Assembly (NCBI GenBank): GCA_040905715.1
Contig: JBBDRA010000003.1
Location: forward strand, 7,075-71,074
DNA from: Minisyncoccota bacterium
GTDB lineage: Bacteria > Patescibacteriota > Minisyncoccia > Phycocordibacterales > CSBR16-193
Reading direction: 5' to 3'
Length of the DNA: 64,000 bases
Positions 19,763 to 27,781 of the stretch are shown here, one piece after another. The translations under genes were made by a program, and so were the position numbers. The notes below the pieces were generated by a model. The model was not told the DNA's origin. It searched no databases and saw only the letters and a program-made list of their open reading frames with translations. Position 1 is the first letter of the stretch. Every line of letters starts with the position of its first letter.

Positions 19763-19837
19763 ATATTCTTTCTAAGACTGGGTGAGGCGGGTTTTGCTTA
19801 CACCGATAGAGTGAGTAGCGCTACCTTTGTTCTGTTA

Positions 19838-20002
19838 CTAGGCTCGATTCAGTGCCGCTTCTATAGTTGTATTAGTATAATTCTCTCCAAACATCTCCAC
19901 CTCTGCTGCGCGCAGATCATCTAGACGCTCTTGTTGCTCCTTTGATAATTCAACGTGTTCTACGGATTCTATAGGAAACGATCGAGACTCAAGTGAAGAC
20001 AT
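19838..20002 (-). CDS. Small hypothetical ORF (54 aa, MSSLESRSFPIES...), possible N-terminal fragment
   Basis: Translated by hand; same frame as 19487..19762, separated by three stops. Confidence 0.4.
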   Translation of the reverse strand: MSSLESRSFPIESVEHVELSKEQQERLDDLRAAEVEMFGENYTNTTIEAALNRA

Positions 20003-20137
20003 AGGCGCAAAGAATTAATTGATTAGCTCTATTGTACCAAGCTGTTTTAAAAGTACAAATGAAGAGGATGGCGCAGTTACTAGAAGTGGTTTGTTAGCTG
20101 TGGATACCTGTAGTGAATAGAGAGGGCGGTACGTTTA

Positions 20138-20505
20138 TTGACGAAATCAATTTAATATGTATAATTTTAAGTCTGTGGTTCGAACAACGTTCTTTGATCC
20201 AAAAATGAAGAAGGAAGCATTAGTATGCCAAGGACGGGAAAATTTCGTATGCAGACGCTCGACGGTCGGATCGCTAGCAGCTCCAATGCGCCTCCGGGCG
20301 GATGTCATGAGCACGCCAGGATACTAAATATACCTCCTGCTCCGAGGCAGGTCAGGTTGGCCAGCGATCCGAGAGTGCTTAATTTCGGTGGTGTTAGATC
20401 GCTCGATGGAGTTAAAGCACGCCGCCGACAGCTATAAATGTCCTACTAGGACTGCGTCCTTTCAACTTACTACCCCACGCGCGCTCAGTGCCGTGGGGTT
20501 TTTCT
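20138..20505 (+). ncRNA. Candidate structured ncRNA with own promoter and terminator
   Basis: TTGACG-16-TATAAT, multiple stems, terminator ACCCCACG...CGTGGGGT-TTTT. Confidence 0.5.
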
Positions 20506-20568
20506 TAGGGTTTTTTGATCGCTTTTCTAATTGTATTTTTAGGACCTTTCCTCTAGAATGGGTTTATT

Positions 20569-21765
20569 ATGAAAGATACTCAGATTGAAAAGCGAATTCG
20601 TGAAGAAGCGAAGCGACAGGATAGAGTAGTGAACTTGATAGCCTCTGAGAATATTGTCTCGCAAGACGTGCTTGTGGCACTTGGCTCAGTGCTGACCAAT
20701 AAATACGCCGAAGGCTATCCCGGCAAACGATACTATGGCGGCAACGACATTATTGACTCAGTTGAAGCACTTGCTCAAAAGCGCGCCCTCAAGACCTTTG
20801 ATCTCTCTGAAAAAACCTGGCACGTGAATGTTCAGCCGCTTTCCGGTTCCCCGGCGAACCTCGCGGTGTATTTGGCATTGGTTCCTCAAGGCGGAAAGAT
20901 CATGGGGATGTCGCTTGATCAGGGAGGACATCTCTCGCATGGGTTCAAGGTTTCGGCAACCGGCATGTTCTGGAAACAGGTATCCTACGGCGTTGATCCC
21001 AAAACCGAGCAGATCGATTACGAGGCACTCAAGAAGCTCGCTTTAAAAGAGAAGCCAGATATCATTGTTGCCGGTTTTACGGCGTATCCGCGGAAGGTGA
21101 ATTGGAAAAAATTCCGGGAGATCGCTGATGCAGTGGTTTACCCTGAGCAAGGTCGAAAGGGTGCGTACTTACACGTTGATATGTCGCATATCGGCGGGTT
21201 GGTTGCCGGCGGGGCGCATCCGTCGCCATTTCGCTATGCAGACACCGTAATGACCACGGTTCACAAAACACTGCGCGGACCGCGCGCGGCGATCATATTT
21301 GCTCGCAAGGACAAGCGTGGCATTCCAAAAGCGATCGACAAAGCGGTATTCCCGGGACTGCAGGGAGGACCGCACATGAACCAGGTGGCAGCAACCGCTG
21401 TTGCGCTCAAAGAAGCAAGTACGAAAGGATTTGAAAAGTATGTTACCCAAGTCGTCGCAAACGCAAAGGTGTTGGCCGATGAGCTGGCAGCGCGTGGTTG
21501 GCGTGTTATCTCCGGAGGCACTGATACGCACTTGCTTTTGATAGACACGTGGCTCGACGGCAAAGGGATCTCCGGTAAAGAGGCCAGCGACCGGCTTGAG
21601 AAAGAAGATATTATTGTAAACAAAAATACGATCCCGAACGAAACGCGTTCGCCGATGGACCCATCCGGTATTCGCATCGGTACTGCCGCTGAAACATCCA
21701 AAGGAGCAAAAGAAAAGGATATGGAGAAGATCGCTGAGCGCATTGATAGAATTCTAAAACAGTAG
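20569..21765 (+). CDS. glyA: Serine hydroxymethyltransferase
   Basis: LIASEN, NKYAEGYPGKRYYGG, GGHLSHG, TTVHKTLRGPR, FPGLQGGP. Confidence 0.98.
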   Translation: MKDTQIEKRIREEAKRQDRVVNLIASENIVSQDVLVALGSVLTNKYAEGYPGKRYYGGNDIIDSVEALAQKRALKTFDLSEKTWHVNVQPLSGSPANLAVYLALVPQGGKIMGMSLDQGGHLSHGFKVSATGMFWKQVSYGVDPKTEQIDYEALKKLALKEKPDIIVAGFTAYPRKVNWKKFREIADAVVYPEQGRKGAYLHVDMSHIGGLVAGGAHPSPFRYADTVMTTVHKTLRGPRAAIIFARKDKRGIPKAIDKAVFPGLQGGPHMNQVAATAVALKEASTKGFEKYVTQVVANAKVLADELAARGWRVISGGTDTHLLLIDTWLDGKGISGKEASDRLEKEDIIVNKNTIPNETRSPMDPSGIRIGTAAETSKGAKEKDMEKIAERIDRILKQ

Positions 21766-21767
21766 AC

Positions 21768-22499
21768 ATGGCTAAAAAGGACACAGGAAAACCACGTAAA
21801 GTTACACCACGCGGCAAGCTGATCGTTATTGATGGTATTGATGGGTCCGGTAAAGCGACGCAAGTTGGTTTGCTTAAAAAATATCTTAAGAAAGAAGGGG
21901 TAAAGGTAAAAACGATCGACTTTCCCCGTTATGAAGATAACTTTTTCGGAAGTCTTATCGGTAATTATCTTTCCGGTGAGTATGGAGATTTTGCAAAAAC
22001 TGATCCACGGGTCGCCTCAGTGCTGTACGCAGCAGATCGATTCGAATCCAGTAAAAATATCCGAAAGTGGTTGGAAGAGGGGTATACCGTTTTGGCTGAT
22101 CGGTACGTAAGTGCTAACCAGATCCATCAGGGTGGTAAAATTGCAGATGCGCGAAAACGAAAAGAATTTCTCGAGTGGCTTGAAAAAATGGAGCACGGCG
22201 TGTTCGGCATCCCAAAGCCGGACCTTGTTATTTATTTAGATGTGCCGTTCGAGGTTAGTCGAGAGTGGCTGAAAAAGAAGTCTGCTCAATCGTCGAAAAA
22301 GTATTTAAAGGGAAGAAAGGATGTCGTGGAAGATAATTTAAAATATTTGAAAAATTCTCGAAACGCTGCCCTGTGGTTGGAGCGGAATAATAAAAACTGG
22401 GAGAAAGTCACGTGTTGTGACGGCATGACCTGCATGCTCCCTGAGGAGGTTCACGGGTACGTGGCCAAGATCACACAAAAGCGATTACGACGTATATAG
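21768..22499 (+). CDS. tmk: Thymidylate kinase
   Basis: DGIDGSGKATQ P-loop, FPRY, LYAADR, DRY. Confidence 0.93.
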   Translation: MAKKDTGKPRKVTPRGKLIVIDGIDGSGKATQVGLLKKYLKKEGVKVKTIDFPRYEDNFFGSLIGNYLSGEYGDFAKTDPRVASVLYAADRFESSKNIRKWLEEGYTVLADRYVSANQIHQGGKIADARKRKEFLEWLEKMEHGVFGIPKPDLVIYLDVPFEVSREWLKKKSAQSSKKYLKGRKDVVEDNLKYLKNSRNAALWLERNNKNWEKVTCCDGMTCMLPEEVHGYVAKITQKRLRRI

Positions 22500-22531
22500 A
22501 TCTAGTACTTCTGCTATACCTTTTGTTACAT

Positions 22532-22960
22532 ATGGGGCTTACGATACAGATCAAAAAACTTTACAAGAATACTAAGATGCCTGCCTATGCTCGAGCGGGT
22601 GATGTGGCGCTCGATATGTTCTCCCGAGAAGAAGGCGTACTCCTGCCAGGCGAGCGTAAAGTGTTCCATACCGGATTTGCTCTAGAGTTCCCGGAGGGAT
22701 TTGCAGCTATCGTGAAAGATAAAGGCGGCATAGCGAATGTCGGCGTTACTACACTCGGCGGGGTTTTCGATGCCGGATATCGCGGAGAGTATAATGCCCA
22801 GTTGTTTAATCTTAGTACAGAGCCGTATACGGTCGAGGTTGGTGACAAGGTAGCCCAGCTAATGATCCTTCCGGTGGAGATCGTAACACTCGAGGAGGTG
22901 GATGAACTCAGTGATTCTGATCGCGGTGACGGTCGGTTCGGGAGTACCGGTTTGAAATAA
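22532..22960 (+). CDS. dut: dUTPase
   Basis: GVFDAGYRGE, GDKVAQL, RGDGRFGSTG. Confidence 0.96.
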   Translation: MGLTIQIKKLYKNTKMPAYARAGDVALDMFSREEGVLLPGERKVFHTGFALEFPEGFAAIVKDKGGIANVGVTTLGGVFDAGYRGEYNAQLFNLSTEPYTVEVGDKVAQLMILPVEIVTLEEVDELSDSDRGDGRFGSTGLK

Positions 22961-23054
22961 TCGGGTGCGTAATGTGTCTTTATAGGGTAGGAGTATGCTT
23001 GAGTACAAGTATACATGTTATTTATGACAACTTTCTCATTGAGGAGCGAGATCA

Positions 23055-23543
23055 ATGGAAACCTCTAGTGTTTCGTACTCATCGTTCAGTGTAACCCGAT
23101 TTAGACGTGTGCAGGTTGACCTGCTTGAGCCAATAGACCGGCTCCTGAGTCGAGTTGGTGTAAGGGAGTATGATGTGCCTCTTGGAATAACCGCGCTCGA
23201 TAGTTGTAAGGCGGAAGTCTACGAAGTAAAAATTCGTAGCTGGTTTTATGACAGGCCGCTGGCATCAGTCGAAGAGGCGTGTCTGCACCTTGAGTGTGGG
23301 GAACGATTCGCCACGCTTCGAGAATTTCTGAGCTGGGTTGCCGTACGACCAGGCATTGCTCGAGTCGGTGCGTACACTATTTGGGGGAGTCAGTGTCGCA
23401 ATATTGTTCCTGTTGTACGAAACAAGGGGGTCAATGATATTTCAGATCTACGGGTCAGCTGTGAGCATGTTAAAGAAGCTCTGCGGATTCAGCGGATCCC
23501 CACGGTCGTTCGCTGCGTCGCGCAGCATTCAGTTGCCGCATGA
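23055..23543 (+). CDS. Hypothetical protein
   Basis: GAGGAG SD; followed by terminator at 23567-23597. Confidence 0.6.
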   Translation: METSSVSYSSFSVTRFRRVQVDLLEPIDRLLSRVGVREYDVPLGITALDSCKAEVYEVKIRSWFYDRPLASVEEACLHLECGERFATLREFLSWVAVRPGIARVGAYTIWGSQCRNIVPVVRNKGVNDISDLRVSCEHVKEALRIQRIPTVVRCVAQHSVAA

Positions 23544-23681
23544 GCGAGTGCTCGTATCATCCCTTGCCCCGGTTCTAATAAAGAACCGGGGTTTTCTTTG
23601 TGTTTTTCCACCGTCTCTTTCTTGCAGGGTATGAAGTAGAGAAAGTTGGTATGATCGCACAGATACTTTATACTGTGAGCT

Positions 23682-25391
23682 ATGATCCAGGACATCCTGA
23701 AAGACACAATTAGCGAAGCGTTGCAACAGATCGGTATTGCTGACCCGGAGGTTGAGCTGGAGCACCCGGCCGATCTTGCACACGGTGATTTTTCAACGAA
23801 TGTGGCGATGAGATATGCCAAAGAGCAGGGTAGCAGTCCGCGAGATATTGCTGAAAAAGTCATTTCTCTTATTGAAGAGAGTAAGCCTTCTTTCGTAAAC
23901 AAAGTAGAGATCGCCGGCCCCGGTTTTATTAATTTCTTTTTAGCACGTGATTTCTTTGCAAAGTCACTAGAGGATATTGCTGCTCATGCAATGGATTTTG
24001 GCAGGAGCGAGGTTCTTGAAGGAAAGAGAGTGTTGGTCGAATACACCGATCCGAACCTCTTCAAAGAGTTTCATGTCGGTCACATTATGAATAATACGGT
24101 CGGCGAAGCGATCGCAAATCTCTTTGAGAGCCAAGGCGCGTCAGTCGTGCGAGCTAATTACCAGAGTGATGTTGGTCCGCCTGTTGCTAAAGCGATCTGG
24201 GGAATGCGCCAGCTTGCTCATAAAATGCCGAAAGATGACGCGCCGCTTATCGAGAAGGTGCGATTTCTCGGTGACTCGTATGTTACCGGTAGTGCGGCGT
24301 ACGAAGAAGGCAGCTCCAAAGAAGAGATCGACGCGATCAATACGCACATATATGAACGTGATAACGACGAGCTAAATGAGCTCTACAAATGGGGTCGTAC
24401 CGTAAGCCTGAATCATTTTGAAGAGATCTACAAAAAACTCGGCACACGGTTTGATTGTTATTATTTCGAAAGTCAGGTTTTTGAAGACGGACTCAAACTT
24501 GTGGAGGAAGGGAAAGAAAAAGGTGTTTTCAAAGAGTCGGATGGCGCGATCGTGTACCACGGTGAAGAGGATGGATTGCATACGCGCGTGTTCGTAAATG
24601 CGCGCGGTTTGCCAACCTACGAGACCAAGGAGCTCGGGCTTACCAAGCAGAAATTTGAAACCGAAACATACGAGCAATCGGTCGTGGTAACAGCAAACGA
24701 GCAGACATCGTACTTTCAAGTGGTGATGGCCGCGCTTACCAAGCTTTATCCGGAGTGGGTTAAGAGAACGAAGCACATAGAGCACGGCATGCTCCAGACG
24801 CCGGATGGCAAGATGTCGTCGCGAAAAGGCAATGTAATCGGCGGCGGGACACTCATCGAAGATGTTGAAGCTCGGGCCAACGAAAAGATACAGGAAACTG
24901 ACCGTGATCTTGAAGACCCCGATATATTGGCGACCCAGGAAGCGGTCGCGGCGATCAAGTACGCTATTTTAAAGCAGGCGCCGGGTAAGAACGTGACGTT
25001 CGATATGGAGCAATCACTCTCGTTGGAAGGAGATTCCGGACCGTATCTACAGTATGCACATACTCGCTGTTACTCGATCCTGGCAAAAGCAAAGACAGAA
25101 GGAATTGTGGCATCGATCGAGAATCCACCGGCCGAGTCGTATGAGTTGGAGCGAGTACTGTATCGATTCCCGGAGATCGTCGAGAAGGCATTTAGCGATC
25201 TTTCTCCGCAGTATGTTACAACGTACCTGACCGAACTTGCCTCCATGTTCAATAGTTTTTACGGCACCGAGCAGATAGTAAATGTAGATGATGAGTTCTC
25301 GCCGTACAAACTCGCGCTCACTCGAGCTACGCAAACCGTTCTCGCCAACGGACTCAATGTTCTTGGCATCGAAGCTCCTGAGCAAATGTAG
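23682..25391 (+). CDS. argS: Arginine--tRNA ligase
   Basis: HGDFSTN, AGPGFINF, FHVGH (HIGH), KMSSRKG, GPYLQYAH. Confidence 0.97.
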   Translation: MIQDILKDTISEALQQIGIADPEVELEHPADLAHGDFSTNVAMRYAKEQGSSPRDIAEKVISLIEESKPSFVNKVEIAGPGFINFFLARDFFAKSLEDIAAHAMDFGRSEVLEGKRVLVEYTDPNLFKEFHVGHIMNNTVGEAIANLFESQGASVVRANYQSDVGPPVAKAIWGMRQLAHKMPKDDAPLIEKVRFLGDSYVTGSAAYEEGSSKEEIDAINTHIYERDNDELNELYKWGRTVSLNHFEEIYKKLGTRFDCYYFESQVFEDGLKLVEEGKEKGVFKESDGAIVYHGEEDGLHTRVFVNARGLPTYETKELGLTKQKFETETYEQSVVVTANEQTSYFQVVMAALTKLYPEWVKRTKHIEHGMLQTPDGKMSSRKGNVIGGGTLIEDVEARANEKIQETDRDLEDPDILATQEAVAAIKYAILKQAPGKNVTFDMEQSLSLEGDSGPYLQYAHTRCYSILAKAKTEGIVASIENPPAESYELERVLYRFPEIVEKAFSDLSPQYVTTYLTELASMFNSFYGTEQIVNVDDEFSPYKLALTRATQTVLANGLNVLGIEAPEQM

Positions 25392-25488
25392 ACTTGAATT
25401 ATTGTGTTTGAACTGCTGGTGTGGTATGACCATATCAGCGGTTCTTCATGTTCCATGAAATTAAGATAAATACGAAAGGGGGCTACCA

Positions 25489-26511
25489 ATGGTAGCGCTT
25501 GCAGATCTAGCAGAAGAACGTGCACGTCTCGATAGAGAGCTTGGTCGGGTTTGGGGAGGGTCCGGGGTGCGAAATCTTTGCCTTGAGGGGTACTGGTTTC
25601 ACAAACCGATCAAACTGGGGCACCCGCGAGGCTTTTCCTTTAAAGGTCTTGAAGAGGTCGCCAAGACAACAACACTTCTTCCAAACGCGGGTCGAATGCC
25701 ACTGAATAAGCGCAATCAGCCAAAGGAGTGGTCTCCCAACTGTATCTGGGTTGATCGAAAACGGAGCATCGCACTCAACGCGATCGGACTTTCCGGTCCG
25801 GGAGCGAAAGTGGTTTTCGAAAAACTCCAGAAGCTTCGACATCGTTTTCAACCGTCAATTATGGCGATCGGCACAACGCTAGAGGAGCGACTTGCCGAGA
25901 TGCGGCTCCTGATGAAGTTGATCGTGGAGCACTTCTCGTATGAGCAAGTTCCGATCGTTCAGATCAATGTTTCGTGCCCGAATCTTGAGCACGGCTTTGA
26001 TCCAATAAACGAACGGATCGTAGAGACTCAGAATATCCTGGACATCGTGTACGAGTACGGTCGCTTCGCGGTGATCAAGCTTAGTGCGGACTTCCTGCCC
26101 GAGCGGGTGATGGAGTTTGCTGAGCACCCGGCGTTGTTCGGTATCAGTGGCACAAATACTATTCCGTTCCGTATGATCATCCCGTGGCTTCCCGAAGATC
26201 ATGAATGCCAGATCCCATGGGATGAACTTTTCGGCGTCGGACAGCCATCTCCGCTTCGTGCTCGCGGGATCGATGCTGATGGCGGTCTTTCGGGCGCACC
26301 GCTCAAAAACCTCGCCTGTTTGTGGATCGGTCGGATCCGAAAAGCGGGGTTCAGGAGGCACCTGAACGGAGGTGGCGGTATTTTGCATCCGAATGATATT
26401 GAGTCCTTCCGTGTTGCAGGTGTTGACTCGATCTCGCTCGGTTCGGCTGCGTTTCTTGCTTCAGCGCAAGTGCAACCGATCATCCGGTACGGAAATAAAA
26501 TTCTATCCTAA
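25489..26511 (+). CDS. pyrD: Divergent dihydroorotate dehydrogenase
   Basis: LNAIGL, INVSCPN, IKLS, NT, GGLSG, GGGI; adjacent to dihydroorotase. Confidence 0.78.
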   Translation: MVALADLAEERARLDRELGRVWGGSGVRNLCLEGYWFHKPIKLGHPRGFSFKGLEEVAKTTTLLPNAGRMPLNKRNQPKEWSPNCIWVDRKRSIALNAIGLSGPGAKVVFEKLQKLRHRFQPSIMAIGTTLEERLAEMRLLMKLIVEHFSYEQVPIVQINVSCPNLEHGFDPINERIVETQNILDIVYEYGRFAVIKLSADFLPERVMEFAEHPALFGISGTNTIPFRMIIPWLPEDHECQIPWDELFGVGQPSPLRARGIDADGGLSGAPLKNLACLWIGRIRKAGFRRHLNGGGGILHPNDIESFRVAGVDSISLGSAAFLASAQVQPIIRYGNKILS

Positions 26512-26527
26512 AATAAGGAAGAAGCTG

Positions 26528-27679
26528 ATGGAACTAATACGAGACAGCGCTGGAGTTGTGTGTGAGATCAGAATGCGTCGACCTGACAACTTCCACGCCC
26601 ACTACCGACAGAACGGGATGCTCCAGCTCATGGTGCTTCTATTCTTGCGGTATGGTTGGGGACGGGTTGAGGCAATGCCTAATAATCCGTTCATTGACAC
26701 CGGTCAGAAAGCTATAAAATATCGTTATGAGGCGATGCGTATCGCGCGAGCGAATGAATCCCGCTTTAATTATTCCGAGTTTGAGATGGTGCCGTCGATG
26801 CAGATCACGCCTGAGACAACACCGCAGATGGTGCTCGAGGCGTGGCGGCTCGGTGTTCGGATCTTTAAGATCTACCCGCGTTTCGTCACTACCGCCTCTG
26901 AAAACGGCGTTATTGATTACAAAGCACTTTACTCGGTTTTTGCAGAGATGGAGCGGATCAATACGCACGTGGTGGGAAAAGAGTTTCCTCATCCGTGTGT
27001 GTTGTCGCTTCACCCTGAGGACCCGAATGAGAATGTTGAGCCGTTCGACAAGGAGTCGGCTTTCATCGACAATCACGCTCACGATATCGTTCTTCGTTTC
27101 CCGGGATTACCGATCGTCTTCGAGCATATCTCGACAAAGGCGCTCGTGGATTTCGTGAAAAGCGACAATGCAGCTCGGAGAAATATCGCGGCAACGATCA
27201 CGCCTCAGCACATGATACGTACATACGCGGATCTGCTGGGGTATACACCTGCTTCGAATTTCAAGCTGCAGGTGGATGACTTTTGCAAGCCGGTCCTTAA
27301 GCCGCGTGAGGATCGTGATGCGGTTCGTGAAGCGGCAATGAGCGGTAATCCGAAGTTCTTTTACGGCGGAGACGACGCGCCGCATCCGGTAGGGAGCAAG
27401 GATTGCCGGGAGTGCTGTGCCGGTACGTTCAACACTGATGCCGGACTGCGGGTTTGTGTTGAAGAGTTCTATCAGCACAAGAAGCTCGAAAATCTTGACC
27501 CTTTCTTCTCAGAAAGCGGCGCTCGGTTCTACAGTTTCCCTCAAAACAAAGGAAAAATTACACTCAGACGTGAACCGTCAGTGGTTCCTGAGATGCATGT
27601 TATTCCGTGTGACGAGGGAGAGGCTCGTCCGTGGCTGGCCGGTGAAACGCTTCCCTGGAGCATCACCGCCATTCACTGA
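26528..27679 (+). CDS. pyrC: Dihydroorotase (E. coli-type)
   Basis: DNFHAHYR, MPN, KIYP, EHIST, TITPQH, CKPVLK, DAPH. Confidence 0.85.
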   Translation: MELIRDSAGVVCEIRMRRPDNFHAHYRQNGMLQLMVLLFLRYGWGRVEAMPNNPFIDTGQKAIKYRYEAMRIARANESRFNYSEFEMVPSMQITPETTPQMVLEAWRLGVRIFKIYPRFVTTASENGVIDYKALYSVFAEMERINTHVVGKEFPHPCVLSLHPEDPNENVEPFDKESAFIDNHAHDIVLRFPGLPIVFEHISTKALVDFVKSDNAARRNIAATITPQHMIRTYADLLGYTPASNFKLQVDDFCKPVLKPREDRDAVREAAMSGNPKFFYGGDDAPHPVGSKDCRECCAGTFNTDAGLRVCVEEFYQHKKLENLDPFFSESGARFYSFPQNKGKITLRREPSVVPEMHVIPCDEGEARPWLAGETLPWSITAIH

Positions 27680-27781
27680 TCAACCTTTGTTCGTTTCTCA
27701 ATTCAATACCACACCCTGTCGATCCGTCGACGGGGTGTTTTTTTGCACAAAGGGTGAAAATTGGTAGTATTAGCCGTATAC

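Noticed and set aside
20181-20192. CGAACAACGTTC as a second SOS box
   Set aside because: Spacing is N3, not N4
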